This document shows positions 15,284 to 25,183 of a stretch of 44,213 nt of DNA, piece by piece; position 1 is the first letter of the stretch; each line of letters starts with the position of its first letter. The notes below the pieces were generated by a model, which was not told where the DNA came from, did not search any database, and saw only the letters and a program-made list of their open reading frames with translations. Both the position numbers and the translations under genes were made by a program. This DNA is from a virus: the IMG/VR virus record IMGVR_UViG_3300045988_036631, positions 1 through 44,213 of that record; one strand, 5' to 3'.

Positions 15284-15439
15284 TCAGCCCATGTTCAGCG
15301 CTTCGCGGATGGCTTCCAGGTCGTCGGTCGTCAGTACGGGATAATCCGCCGCGATATCGGCAAAATCCTCGCCGTTGGCAATGCGGATTCTAAAGGCACG
15401 GGTCATAATGCGTAGCTTCAAAGCGTTCAAAGTTTTCAT
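15284..15439 (-). CDS. XkdX-like small protein, 51 aa (not in the ORF track)
   Basis: My translation: [70 protein letters not shown]. Confidence 0.55.
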   Translation of the reverse strand: MKTLNALKLRIMTRAFRIRIANGEDFADIAADYPVLTTDDLEAIREALNMG

Positions 15440-15443
15440 TTTT

Positions 15444-15818
15444 TTATCCTCCAATCAAATCAGCCATCATCAAAATCAGATCGTCGTTTGCAGATTCCAG
15501 CGCATCCGTGCGCTGCTCCACGTTGTTCACGCGCTCCTCAGTCGTCAGCGGCGGCGCGGGCAATGCGTCAAAGTCCGCGTCCATCTCGGCCTGTGTCCGC
15601 TGCGCAACCAGCCCGTCCACGAGCTTGTAGCGGTACACGCCGCGCTCATCCGTGAGCGGCTTGAGCAGATAGTTGTTCTGCGCGTGCCTGTATCGGTCGC
15701 CCTCGCCCTCATCAATAGCCGTCCAACCGTCGCCGCTCACAAACGCGTCGCTGTTGATCGCCGTCACGCGCCCCGCGTCGTCGGTCTGCACCAGTACCTT
15801 GCAGCTCTCTGTGTCCAT
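15444..15818 (-). CDS. Fibre-associated hypothetical protein, 124 aa
   Basis: Track ORF between the two fibre genes. GVYRYKLVDGLVAQRTQAEMDAD. Confidence 0.6.
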   Translation of the reverse strand: MDTESCKVLVQTDDAGRVTAINSDAFVSGDGWTAIDEGEGDRYRHAQNNYLLKPLTDERGVYRYKLVDGLVAQRTQAEMDADFDALPAPPLTTEERVNNVEQRTDALESANDDLILMMADLIGG

Positions 15819-15830
15819 GTCACCCCTCCT

Positions 15831-17384
15831 TTACAGGTCGGCAGAAATGTCAATGTCGCCATGCGGCGTAATCACGCCCGTGCATACGCCCGTTACAGAT
15901 ACCGCGCACTTGACGATGACGCGGTTTGCGTTTGCGTTATGCGCTGTGGCCGTCTCGGTTGTCGTTCCCTGTGCACTGCCCAGCGTGTAGTAAAACTTCC
16001 CACCGCCCGTTACTGTCGGCGCAATCCGCATCTCCTGCAAGTGGATAAAAGCGTAAGCCACGCCATTCGCGGCGTACCCAGAAAACGTTTCGTTGTTGGC
16101 CTTTATCTTCCGATAATACCGCAGGCACTCGGCCAGTTCTGCCGCATATCCCTTCGGCACATACGGCGGCAGGGTCTCCGCTGTGTATTCGCCCTCGTAG
16201 AGCGCCGCCCAACGGACGACCGCCGCCGTGCCGGTGCTGCCTGTGTCCGGCGAAATGTACACGTTCACCACTTCATCCCCGGTCAAGCCATCCGGCTTTG
16301 TCAGCTTCAGCACCAGCGTGCGCTCCGCCGCGTCGCCCTGAAAATACGCTTGCCCAAAATTCGTCGTGCCGTTGCCGATGTAGACAAACAGTCGGCACGC
16401 CACCGGGAAAACGCCGCGTACCGCAAACGTCATCACGTCGGCAAAACGTTTCGCCTCGATCCGCTGCTGAATGCCCGCCGTCCAGCTCGTCTTGTCCGAC
16501 ACGATTTTCAGCCCGTCCGCCGCCTGTGAAACCGTCGCGCCGCTCGTCCGATTCCAGCGATCCACAGCATACTCGGTCGCGCCGTGCGCCCCGTTCACGC
16601 CCGCCTGCGCAATCGGATGGACAAAATCGCTGTTGTCCAGCAGGTTGTACGGCTGACCAAAATTATACTTGGCGATCTCAAGCGCCACATTCTCCGCGAG
16701 GTTGTCGATGCTGCCGGGATCGCCCTTCGGCCCGCGCGGTCCTGTTGGCCCGCGTGGGACGCCGAATGCGATATTGTAGTGTCCGTCAACCGTGGTGACT
16801 GTGGCCGTTGCCTCTGCTCCCGCATCAACGCTTTTTGCGGATGCCGACATATTATTGATTTTTTTCGCCGCCGTATTTGCGCTGCTCGCCGCTTCTTTCG
16901 CGGTCTTGGTTGCGTTGTTTGCATTCGTTGCCGCCGTGTTCGCAGCCTTTGCCGCCGCTTCTGCGGCAGCAATTTGCGCCAGAAGCTCATCAAGCGACGG
17001 GATAACATTTTCCTCGTCAACAATAGCATCCGTCATGCTGCGCACGACATAGCCGTTTCCCCAAAATACAGACTTGCGGCTTTCGGCGGTGGACACCTTA
17101 ATTATGAGGTTAAAGTTTCCGACGATGTAATAGCAGACCTCCGAAAGTGTGAGGGTCACGACATTGCCGCTGATCGCTCCCGTGATGGGCACGGTGTACC
17201 CGTCCGCACGGATAAAATAGCCCTGAGCGCTTGCACCGCTCAAGGCTATTTCTTGCCCGCCTCGATAGAGGGAAAGCTCGAAGACATGCGCGTCCTTGTC
17301 GCCTGACGCATACAGCGACTTTAGCGGGGTCATCTGGATATCAGCGTCTACGTCAATTTTGCGCTTGAATACGCCGAGATTCAA
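15831..17384 (-). CDS. Second tail fibre / receptor-binding protein: BppU_N-like N-terminus, Ala-rich coiled coil, short collagen-like stretch
   Basis: DKDAHVFELSLYRGGQEIALSGASAQGYFIRADG...NFNLIIKV; AAAEAAAKAANTAATNANNATKTAKEAASSANTAAKK; GPTGPRGPKGDPG. Confidence 0.8.
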   Translation of the reverse strand: MNLGVFKRKIDVDADIQMTPLKSLYASGDKDAHVFELSLYRGGQEIALSGASAQGYFIRADGYTVPITGAISGNVVTLTLSEVCYYIVGNFNLIIKVSTAESRKSVFWGNGYVVRSMTDAIVDEENVIPSLDELLAQIAAAEAAAKAANTAATNANNATKTAKEAASSANTAAKKINNMSASAKSVDAGAEATATVTTVDGHYNIAFGVPRGPTGPRGPKGDPGSIDNLAENVALEIAKYNFGQPYNLLDNSDFVHPIAQAGVNGAHGATEYAVDRWNRTSGATVSQAADGLKIVSDKTSWTAGIQQRIEAKRFADVMTFAVRGVFPVACRLFVYIGNGTTNFGQAYFQGDAAERTLVLKLTKPDGLTGDEVVNVYISPDTGSTGTAAVVRWAALYEGEYTAETLPPYVPKGYAAELAECLRYYRKIKANNETFSGYAANGVAYAFIHLQEMRIAPTVTGGGKFYYTLGSAQGTTTETATAHNANANRVIVKCAVSVTGVCTGVITPHGDIDISADL

Positions 17385-17390
17385 AGGCCA

Positions 17391-17669
17391 TCACTCCTTT
17401 GCCAGTGTCAGGCGCACGCTTCCCGATGCCATATCCCGCTGGATGCCAACAAGCCGAGAAAATCCTTCATACATCTCATAGACGGCTTTGTCATTCCTGC
17501 CAGAAACCGTCTTTTTAATGCTTTCAAGGCCGTCAAAGTCGGCGGCAATTTCAGCCAGGGGGCGCTCATCCTCCATTTCGATGATTGCTTTGCTTCCGTC
17601 TCTGAGCGGAGAACAGATAAATTCAATATTAAAGGTTTTTCCCTTGCTCGTTTCAATTTTCATGGTCAA
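17391..17669 (-). CDS. Hypothetical baseplate-region protein, 92 aa
   Basis: Track ORF; position only. Confidence 0.5.
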   Translation of the reverse strand: MTMKIETSKGKTFNIEFICSPLRDGSKAIIEMEDERPLAEIAADFDGLESIKKTVSGRNDKAVYEMYEGFSRLVGIQRDMASGSVRLTLAKE

Positions 17670-17820
17670 CCGCCTCCTTCAGTTCTTTGATGGTTTTTCG
17701 CGTGATCTGAATTGCGGCGAGTAGATTGTTCAGATTCTTCTCGCCCTTGGTTTCCACCGATTCAAGCAGCAATCCGACGTTGCCAAGCTGAAAAATGATG
17801 TCTTCCACGGTCATTTTCAT
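17653..17820 (-). CDS. Hypothetical small protein, 55 aa
   Basis: ATG overlaps the upstream stop (TGATGAAAATG). MKMTVEDIIFQLGNVGLLLE... Confidence 0.45.
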   Translation of the reverse strand: MKMTVEDIIFQLGNVGLLLESVETKGEKNLNNLLAAIQITRKTIKELKEAVDHEN

Positions 17821-19760
17821 CACTCCCAAGATACATAGTACATTTTCTCTGTGCTCACGCCGGAACACTCGTAAAACTCAATGTTCGACGTGCCGGACGG
17901 GCCTTTTGCATATCGCTTCGTTCGGCTCACGCCTGTCACAACGGTCTTTTGTACCAAGGACAACCCGCTCCCGTTGACTGTCAAGTGGCTGCACTCAAAA
18001 TTTGATGCGCTTAAAGCCCGCACATATAGATTGTCGGATAGGCCGCTTTCAAAGTTGGAAAACTCCGTCTTCATTTGGTTGGCCGTGACATATCCATCCA
18101 ACGTGATCTTGTCCGCTTTCAGCTCGATTTCGCTGTTCAGGCCGTCGATTCTGACTTCCGCGCTGCTAACTCTTTCGCCGAGCGCGTCCGTCACAGTCGC
18201 GTCGGCTTTTAGACTGATTGTGCTGTTCAAGCCGTCAATCTTGACTTCCGCGGACTTGATATCCCCTTCTGCTGTTTCGACGCGCCCCACAAGGCCGATC
18301 TGCCCGTCCGCGCCGTTCAGCGTGATTTCCGCCGACGATAGACGTTCTCCCATATCCGTAACCGTCTTAGCATCGGCCTTCATGTTGATAAGGCCGCCCC
18401 CGGCGGCGGTCGCAGAGATGGCGGCATTCACGTCCTCAATCTTGTTGTGCCGACCGACAATCATCGACACAAGGCCGCCGTTGTCGCTCGATGCGGTAAT
18501 CAAGGCGTTAATCGTCTCGACGTTTCCCGCCCAATTTCCCGTGATTGCTCGCTTTGTCGCGTACAGGTCGGCGTGATTCGCCTCAATCTTCACGCCTGCT
18601 TCCCTTTTCCAAGATTCTGTTGCGGAAGAGAAGTCGTCATAGTCACGTAGCAAGCCGAGCAAAGTGTTTCTCGAAATGCCCGTTCCTTTAGACGTTCCGC
18701 CGCCGATATACTTTTTTGTGCTGTTTTGCGACGAGCCGCCTGTAACGGTGTTGTCCAGCCGCACGAGGTCTTCCGCCGTGTCGCGGATGTTGCTCGCAAG
18801 CGTCAGCCTCACGCCGCACGGGTCGCCGTAAACGTCGGTGATGCTGCGCACAAGGATTCGCTCTTCCATCTTCACGCCGTAATCAGGGAGCGCTAGCCGG
18901 AAAAGCCGCCCGATTCGGAAGGAATCGAGGCTTTCCCTCGTCGCGGTCGCCAAATCAACGCCGTTAATCTCGATGCTGTTTCGCGGGTTTTTGTGGTCTT
19001 CGAGGTATCGCACAATGTAGCTTTTCAAGCTCTCGGCGGTCACGCCCTCTCCGGCGGTGATCGTCTTCGTGATGATTCCCCATGTGCCGACGGTCGGACC
19101 GTCGATGTAGTGTGGCTCTGGGAGGCTCTTGCAGTAAATCCGTGTGCAAAACTCGTCATCGGATATCGAGACGCTGACGCTTTCGAGGTTTCGGCTCAGT
19201 CGTCCCTCACAACTCGCGGAGGTCTCGACCGATACGACGTTCACCCGCCAAGGAAAACCGTGCGTATCATCAAATTCGAGTGCGTAGCCGTCTTTCTCGT
19301 CGCCGACCACTTCCGTCATCGCCGACAGGATGTTGTTGCAGTCATACGCATATTCGATGCTCGCGCTTTTCGCACACGTTCCGAGTACCCAAGGCTTTTG
19401 ACCGTTTACAAGCGTCGTCTGGTTTGCCAGCATCGCCGTCAGCACTTCGGCGCACGTTCCGCTGTATTTCCCCTCGCCGGGGATGATCGCATCGCCGAGA
19501 ATCGCCGCGCCGTGCTCCAAGTCAACGTCGCCCGTGATGACATAGCTCTCAGACGCGCCAGAAACTCGGTAGAAGCCCGCGCTGCCGTCGATGGTATAAA
19601 GCTCTACCCATGCGTGGAAAGGCGCTCCCTCGCCCGGAGGCAGCGTCATGGAAGCATCGTGCGGCGGTACAAGCCGCTCGTTGATGGACAGCGTGACGGG
19701 ATGGAGGCGGCACACCTCGCGGAGCTGCGCGTCAAGAAGACGCGGAAGCCTTACGCTCAT
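17820..19760 (-). CDS. Tail-associated (Tal-like) minor structural protein / prophage tail endopeptidase family, 646 aa
   Basis: Position after Dit, size, and repeated C-terminal segments (SAEVKIDGLNSTISLKAD / SAEVRIDGLNSEIELKAD). Confidence 0.75.
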   Translation of the reverse strand: MSVRLPRLLDAQLREVCRLHPVTLSINERLVPPHDASMTLPPGEGAPFHAWVELYTIDGSAGFYRVSGASESYVITGDVDLEHGAAILGDAIIPGEGKYSGTCAEVLTAMLANQTTLVNGQKPWVLGTCAKSASIEYAYDCNNILSAMTEVVGDEKDGYALEFDDTHGFPWRVNVVSVETSASCEGRLSRNLESVSVSISDDEFCTRIYCKSLPEPHYIDGPTVGTWGIITKTITAGEGVTAESLKSYIVRYLEDHKNPRNSIEINGVDLATATRESLDSFRIGRLFRLALPDYGVKMEERILVRSITDVYGDPCGVRLTLASNIRDTAEDLVRLDNTVTGGSSQNSTKKYIGGGTSKGTGISRNTLLGLLRDYDDFSSATESWKREAGVKIEANHADLYATKRAITGNWAGNVETINALITASSDNGGLVSMIVGRHNKIEDVNAAISATAAGGGLINMKADAKTVTDMGERLSSAEITLNGADGQIGLVGRVETAEGDIKSAEVKIDGLNSTISLKADATVTDALGERVSSAEVRIDGLNSEIELKADKITLDGYVTANQMKTEFSNFESGLSDNLYVRALSASNFECSHLTVNGSGLSLVQKTVVTGVSRTKRYAKGPSGTSNIEFYECSGVSTEKMYYVSWE

Positions 19761-20527
19761 GTGTAATACCCCCTCACGCCGAATCTCGTCTTTGCTTTTC
19801 CGTCCGTGGAGACGGACAGCTTGCCAAACTTCCCGGCTTCAAGCCGCAGCTCGTCGCTCGATTCTGCCGTTCGCTTGCTCAGCACGCTTTTGTTCCCGAT
19901 TCGCGCATAAAAAACGCCGTGATCGTCTGTGCCGACTTCCAGCGTCGAGCCGGAAGGGAGCGCAAGCCCGGAGAAGTGCAGCGCGGTTTGTCCGGCTGTC
20001 AGGTCTACGCTCGTGATCGCGCCCGTTCCGGCGTTGGTCACGCTCGCCCAAACGCGGGAATCATCCGCAAAACCAGGCGCAATCATTTGAGCTTCGCCGT
20101 TTCCGTCAACCGTCGCATTTCGCGGGTATTCGCTCTCCCAGAATGGAATTTCAAACGCCGTGAATGTCATCGTCATGCTGTTCGTCCAGCGCAACGCGGA
20201 GAAGTTCGGTAGGGTCTCGCAGATGACGTGCATCCGCCTTTCGGGTCGGTCATTCGTTGTCAGAATGCCGCCGAGAATCGCCCACTCCGTCACTTTCTCC
20301 GCGATGAGGGCGCGGCGAACGGTATTCTGCTCGTGGATTTCAAATTTCACCTCGACGCTCAGGCTGTTCGTCGTGCGCTTCGTGATTCGCTGCCCGCTTC
20401 GGCCTGCAAGCGGTGTCGTCACAAGATCGCGCACGGGCGAAACGGTGCTCACGTCAAGCACATAAATTGCTGGGTCGATGCTCGACAAATCAATGCCGTT
20501 CAGTCGGCAGGCGTATCTCGTCATCAT
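19757..20527 (-). CDS. Distal tail protein (Dit)
   Basis: Immediately follows the tape measure gene; 256 aa; overlapping stop/start coupling. Confidence 0.7.
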   Translation of the reverse strand: MMTRYACRLNGIDLSSIDPAIYVLDVSTVSPVRDLVTTPLAGRSGQRITKRTTNSLSVEVKFEIHEQNTVRRALIAEKVTEWAILGGILTTNDRPERRMHVICETLPNFSALRWTNSMTMTFTAFEIPFWESEYPRNATVDGNGEAQMIAPGFADDSRVWASVTNAGTGAITSVDLTAGQTALHFSGLALPSGSTLEVGTDDHGVFYARIGNKSVLSKRTAESSDELRLEAGKFGKLSVSTDGKAKTRFGVRGYYT

Positions 20528-22569
20528 ACGTTTGCATACCTCATAGCTCTTGCGCCCTTGGCAATGTTGCGGCTCACGCGCTGTGTCACAAGATCGCCTA
20601 CTCTATCCGCACCCATGTACACGCCCACACCGTCAAGCGCTTCGCGTACAGCGACGGCGACGGCTTGGCTGATGCTTTCCGCGCTGATACCGCCGACATT
20701 TCCGGCGCGGTAGGCCGTCGCGTCTGCGCGGTTCAGGATGAGTTCTCCAGCATGGAGCTTGGCGACAAAGTTATCATATGGCACATAATCAAGGCCGGTG
20801 GCCTTGCTCGGCGCGTTCCTCTTGCTTGACCACGGAGCAAGCGAAGGGCTTGAAACCGCGTCTATTTCATCCTTGTAGTCCTTTTGCGCTTGTTCAAGCT
20901 CAGCTTGGCTGAACGTCCGACTATACGATGCACTGAATGACAGCTTCAGTCCTGCTTTGACCGCCGCCCACCACGTTTGTATCTGTTCCTGTACGCTCTC
21001 GATGCTGGGCAACTCCAAATCACCTAGATTCCACGTCAGAATGGCAGTCATGGCAGGTAAGAAGTCATTCATCCACCAGTCTTTTACACTTAGCGCGAAA
21101 TCTCCCCACGCGGGAACGATCAGCTCGCCGAACGACCATTGTGTGATCGCTGTGAGCGCGGGCTGTGCCGTTTCTTCCCACCACGTTGAAGCACTGTCGA
21201 AGAATCCTTCAATGTTAGGGGCAACGAAGTTTCCCAGCGTCCACGTAAATACAGATTTCAGGCGCTCGTATGCGTTCGCACCCTGACCGCTCCACCATGT
21301 TTTAGCCGTCTGCAAGATCTCTGGAATGGAAACGCCGTCCAGCGTAAACGCACCCAGTGTCCACGTCGCAAAGCCCTTAATGCCGTTTTGAATGGTGGTC
21401 AGCGCGGTTTCAGCGGTAGTCTGAATCTCTTCCCATGTCGGAATATGAATATCAATTTTGAATTCCTCGTCTCCGCTGCTCCATTCCAGTATTTTATCCA
21501 GAAGGTCAATTATACCGTCAAATACCCAGCCGGTAGCGTCTGACAGACTTGCCGCCAGCATGCCAGCGCGCATTTGAATTGTTTCGTCGGTAAGAAAATC
21601 CGTCGCTTTTTCGATTACCGGAATTAGATTTGTTCTGAAGCTCTCACCAATCTTGGGCATGATTCCGTCTGTTCCGTATAGTGCGGAGCTGAGATTGCCG
21701 ATTACGGTTTCCCATTCGTGGCCTTCTCTTGCCGCTTGCCCGATAACGCCGGAAGCGGTATACATCTCGTCAACGACGTTGAGAAGAAGATTCTGTTTCT
21801 GCGCCTCTGTGAGTTCAGACCATTTCTTCCCGTATACTTCAAGTGCTTTCGATGCGCGTGTAGATTCGGAGATTTGAAGACCGATTGAATCGCCAGCCTC
21901 TACATTTCCGCGCAGAAACGATCTCAGCCTTACGTCTGCGTCTTCAACGCTGATGTTATACGCGGCTGCACCGTCAGCAGCGAGGCGGACATATTTATCC
22001 ATCATGGATATAGCTTCCGCCGCGTCCACGCCTGCGCTCCTAAACTGCATGAAGGAGGACGTGCCAACGCCTTTAAGCCTTCCGGCCAGAATGTTTGTGT
22101 CCTTGCTGATCGTGTCAAGAGCGCCATTTGCGGCAGATTCCAGCTCGCCGAACGTTTGACTTGCAAGAGAATCAAGGGCTTCCTTGTCTGCGGAGGACAC
22201 AATCGCTTTTTTCACGATGTCGAAAATCTTAGAAAACGCGCTTTTAATCCCGTCGGCCAGCAGTTTGGCCTTCGCAAGCGTCCACGCGCTCAGGCTCTCC
22301 ATCTTCGATTTTCCGTTGCTTTCGACTGCGGAAAACATACGTTCCCACAACGTCTTATTTCTTTCCGTTGTCGTCTTCGTCGTGCTTTCCGTTCCTTTGG
22401 TCGCGTTCTTGATGCCTTCTCCCGCTTCCTTGGCTGCGTTCTTTACGGATTCGGACGCGCGCCCGATACTCTGCGCGGCAGTTTGCGCATCGTTTTTAGC
22501 TTTGCGGATGCCCTGCTCATATTCTTTAGAGTCAAGGCCGATCTTGGCTACAAGCGTAAACAAATCCAT
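20524..22569 (-). CDS. Tape measure protein, 681 aa
   Basis: Long helical protein downstream of the G/GT chaperones. Repeated W-containing segments (WTLG.F, WWxx). Confidence 0.85.
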   Translation of the reverse strand: MDLFTLVAKIGLDSKEYEQGIRKAKNDAQTAAQSIGRASESVKNAAKEAGEGIKNATKGTESTTKTTTERNKTLWERMFSAVESNGKSKMESLSAWTLAKAKLLADGIKSAFSKIFDIVKKAIVSSADKEALDSLASQTFGELESAANGALDTISKDTNILAGRLKGVGTSSFMQFRSAGVDAAEAISMMDKYVRLAADGAAAYNISVEDADVRLRSFLRGNVEAGDSIGLQISESTRASKALEVYGKKWSELTEAQKQNLLLNVVDEMYTASGVIGQAAREGHEWETVIGNLSSALYGTDGIMPKIGESFRTNLIPVIEKATDFLTDETIQMRAGMLAASLSDATGWVFDGIIDLLDKILEWSSGDEEFKIDIHIPTWEEIQTTAETALTTIQNGIKGFATWTLGAFTLDGVSIPEILQTAKTWWSGQGANAYERLKSVFTWTLGNFVAPNIEGFFDSASTWWEETAQPALTAITQWSFGELIVPAWGDFALSVKDWWMNDFLPAMTAILTWNLGDLELPSIESVQEQIQTWWAAVKAGLKLSFSASYSRTFSQAELEQAQKDYKDEIDAVSSPSLAPWSSKRNAPSKATGLDYVPYDNFVAKLHAGELILNRADATAYRAGNVGGISAESISQAVAVAVREALDGVGVYMGADRVGDLVTQRVSRNIAKGARAMRYANV

Positions 22570-22572
22570 GCT

Positions 22573-22844
22573 TTATCCCTCCCCTCTTGCTTTTTTCCTT
22601 CTTTCGTGCTCGGCGATCAGGTCATCAATGATCTCTTGACCCGTTCGGTTGTCCTGCTCCACCAGCCCGACAAACTCCTCATAGCTCACGGGTTCGTTCC
22701 CCATCGCCTGACAGATGGCGGAAAGCATCTTCGCGCTGTACACATCTCCCAGCCATTTTTGACGGTCATCCGCCAAAAGGTCGGAGAGTGCCGCGATTGT
22801 CGGCGGTGCTCCGTGCCTGTAAATCGCCGCCGTTACAGCTTTTC
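22573..22844 (-). CDS. Tail assembly chaperone, -1 frameshift extension (gpT-like)
   Basis: The -1 frame stays open across the gpG-like stop at 22833-22835 and continues into track ORF 22573..22776. Confidence 0.6.
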
Positions 22845-23198
22845 GACCGTATGCACGGACGACGTAAAAAAATCCATCAGGTCGGGGTCTGCGAGTGCAT
22901 TTTTCAGCTCCTTGATGGTCTGCACGCCCTTCTGACTGCGGATTTCCTCAACGGTTTTGCCGTTGATTGCCGCCAGAATGGCGAACGTGTCCTCCCGATG
23001 ATCGCCCAGCAGCAGCGGAACGAATTTTCCGATCATCATAGAGGTCTGCTGGATGTTGTTCATGCCGCTTTTGCTCAAATCGGCGATTTTCTGGAAGGTC
23101 TCCGTCGTCTTCTTGTCAAAGCCGATCCGCTCAATCGGTTCTGCGATTTTGCAAAGGCAGACAGACAGCTCTTCGCCGTTCATCTCCGAAAGTTTCAT
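22833..23198 (-). CDS. Tail assembly chaperone (gpG-like), 121 aa
   Basis: Position between major tail and tape measure genes. Ends ...GTC GAA AAG CTG TAA with an A-rich slip site. Confidence 0.75.
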   Translation of the reverse strand: MKLSEMNGEELSVCLCKIAEPIERIGFDKKTTETFQKIADLSKSGMNNIQQTSMMIGKFVPLLLGDHREDTFAILAAINGKTVEEIRSQKGVQTIKELKNALADPDLMDFFTSSVHTVEKL

Positions 23199-23250
23199 CT
23201 TCTCACCTCAAAAAAAGAAAAGCGCCGAAGGCAAAGCCCCCGGCGTGTTG

Positions 23251-23877
23251 TTACTGCGCCGCTTCGTCGAAGAAGTAGATCGCGCAAGGCGCGTACTCGT
23301 TGTTCTCCACGGTGTCCTGGTATGCGTGGAACTCGACCGGGAGCGTACCCTCTCCTTTGTCGCTGAAAGTCAACGTCACGCCCGTGTTGTTCAGCGCATT
23401 GTCAAGTACGATGGCGACAAGTCCCTTGGACGTATTGCCGAACCAAACGAGATTCTGAATATAGTCGCCGTCTTCGATGTTGGTTCGCAGTTTGATCGTG
23501 GTCTTTTTGCCAGTCGTGAAAGATTTGTCCTCGTTCTTCTCAGCCGTGCCGAGTGCAAGCACGAAGTTATCCGGCGTGATCTCCATAAGCGTCGCGGTCA
23601 GCTTGATATCCCAAGTATCAATGACCGTACTGCCTTTGAACTCATACCGCTTTCCGTCCGCCTCGATGCTGCGCATGGTTGGCGTTGCGGTAAATGTGCC
23701 TCCGCCTCGCGTCGCGCCCAGCGCCTTTGTGCCGTCCTTAATGGCGGCGAAAAGCGCTTCTTCGAGCGCGCTGTATTCAGTGTAGGTGCTCAGATCAAAA
23801 TTTTTGAGAAAAGCACCCGCGTTGAGCTGCAACCGCTCGAACGTCTGCGGTCTGACAGCCGTAACAGGTTTGCCCAT
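23251..23877 (-). CDS. Major tail protein, 208 aa
   Basis: Synteny (terminator, major tail, chaperones, tape measure). Strong RBS. Confidence 0.75.
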   Translation of the reverse strand: MGKPVTAVRPQTFERLQLNAGAFLKNFDLSTYTEYSALEEALFAAIKDGTKALGATRGGGTFTATPTMRSIEADGKRYEFKGSTVIDTWDIKLTATLMEITPDNFVLALGTAEKNEDKSFTTGKKTTIKLRTNIEDGDYIQNLVWFGNTSKGLVAIVLDNALNNTGVTLTFSDKGEGTLPVEFHAYQDTVENNEYAPCAIYFFDEAAQ

Positions 23878-23882
23878 TTATA

Positions 23883-24263
23883 TCACCTCGATTGATACGA
23901 ATTGATTTGAAAATTGAGATACGCGACTTTGATTTCCGGGTTTGCGATGGGCTGATACTGCACCAGCGGGTCAGCGGGGCGAATGGCGATGTAGCCGTTC
24001 GCCGTCGGAAGCATGAGCAGCTCGCCAACCGCCCTTGTGATCTCGTCAACCTTGGCGTTTATTTTCTTATAGCCTTCTGACCGATACCACACCCGCGCCT
24101 GATGGCTTGCAGCGTTTCGCCAGTCCGGCTCAATGACGGTGTAGGTGATGTATGGGAGTTTCGCGTCCTCCGGCACGTTGCTTTCCGGGTATGCGTCAAT
24201 GCCGAACCCGGAATAGAAGCTATATAGTGCCTTTGTCGTCTCGTTCACGTTGGAAGTTCCCAC
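23883..24263 (-). CDS. Tail terminator / tail completion protein
   Basis: Synteny; 126 aa. Confidence 0.6.
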   Translation of the reverse strand: MGTSNVNETTKALYSFYSGFGIDAYPESNVPEDAKLPYITYTVIEPDWRNAASHQARVWYRSEGYKKINAKVDEITRAVGELLMLPTANGYIAIRPADPLVQYQPIANPEIKVAYLNFQINSYQSR

Positions 24264-24604
24264 CTCTCAGCCGTCACTCGCTCAAAGTCGAACGTCGCCA
24301 CGTCAGGCGGTCTGCTGTCGGTGTAGTCACTCGTCACGCGGAAGATTGCCCCATCAGAAACGCGGCGGAAAACCTCGTGATACTCAAGTGCAACGCCTCG
24401 CGCCGTCGTGATGGTGTAGACGCTGGAAACGCCCTGCTTCTCGGCGACACGCGCTTGTAAGCTCTGGTCTTTAACAATCGCCGCGTCGAACTTGTCACCG
24501 TCCGACCAGCTTGTTTCAAAGCCGCCATACCCATCAGGGACGCGCTTTTTCTTTAGTATCACGCACGGCTGCGAAAACATCTCGATTAGCTCTGCGTTAA
24601 TCAT
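24245..24604 (-). CDS. Head-closure / head-tail joining protein
   Basis: Synteny; 119 aa. Confidence 0.6.
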   Translation of the reverse strand: MINAELIEMFSQPCVILKKKRVPDGYGGFETSWSDGDKFDAAIVKDQSLQARVAEKQGVSSVYTITTARGVALEYHEVFRRVSDGAIFRVTSDYTDSRPPDVATFDFERVTAERWELPT

Positions 24605-25016
24605 CGCTTATCCTCCGATAAGGGGCAAGGCGGGAGGCGAAAGCCCCCTGCCAGCCCGTCGGCGCACCAGTCGTGCCGGATGCGCGAGAGTAACTGTAAC
24701 CGCCGAAACTCTCGGAAATCTTGTCGGTCACCGGGTTCTTTTCCGTGTACGCGGCGATTTCTTCCGAAAGCTCTTTGACGCTTTTCGGGATTGCCAGCGC
24801 CCAGATTTCGCCGTAGAATGTCTCGCCTGTCAGCGTTTCGCCGCCCTGGTAGACGTGCAGCCCGTCGGAAAACACGCTGCCTTTGACGCGGAAATACTGA
24901 CCATTCGTCAAAAAGTCAACGTCAGGCATACCGGAAACGATTGAAAACGTTCCTTTGTGCTTGCCGCCTTTGACAGGAAACCAGTTGTGCAGATGCGTCA
25001 AAACCGTTTCCAGCAT
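24597..25016 (-). CDS. Head-tail connector/adaptor protein
   Basis: Synteny; 139 aa. Confidence 0.6.
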   Translation of the reverse strand: MLETVLTHLHNWFPVKGGKHKGTFSIVSGMPDVDFLTNGQYFRVKGSVFSDGLHVYQGGETLTGETFYGEIWALAIPKSVKELSEEIAAYTEKNPVTDKISESFGGYSYSRASGTTGAPTGWQGAFASRLAPYRRISDD

Positions 25017-25022
25017 TTGCCG

Positions 25023-25136
25023 TTACTCCTTCTCTGCGGCTCTGATCGCCGCGATAATGTCCGCCTTTAACATAGCGCTGCTGACACCCTCAGCGCCATT
25101 CTCGGCGGCATACGCAAGCAATTCAGCCTTTGTCAT
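25023..25136 (-). CDS. HeH / Rho-N-like small protein, 37 aa (not in the ORF track)
   Basis: My translation: MTKAELLAYAAENGAEGVSSAMLKADIIAAIRAAEKE. This motif is typical just downstream of capsid genes. Confidence 0.55.
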   Translation of the reverse strand: MTKAELLAYAAENGAEGVSSAMLKADIIAAIRAAEKE

Positions 25137-25183
25137 ACCGTCGAGATTGACGCTTTGGGGCGTAGGCGTTCCAGACAGCGCGG

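Noticed and set aside
15375-16529. Long plus-strand ORFs antisense to structural and early genes: 15375..16529 (384 aa), 25439..26650 (403 aa), 37426..38622 (398 aa), 42845..43798 (317 aa), 5526..6302 (258 aa), 22156..22935, 23053..23895, 31..753.
   Set aside because: Their sequences are Arg/Ala/His-rich and low-complexity, they have no RBSs, and each lies fully opposite a minus-strand gene with a recognisable family. They are typical shadow ORFs of a GC-rich genome.
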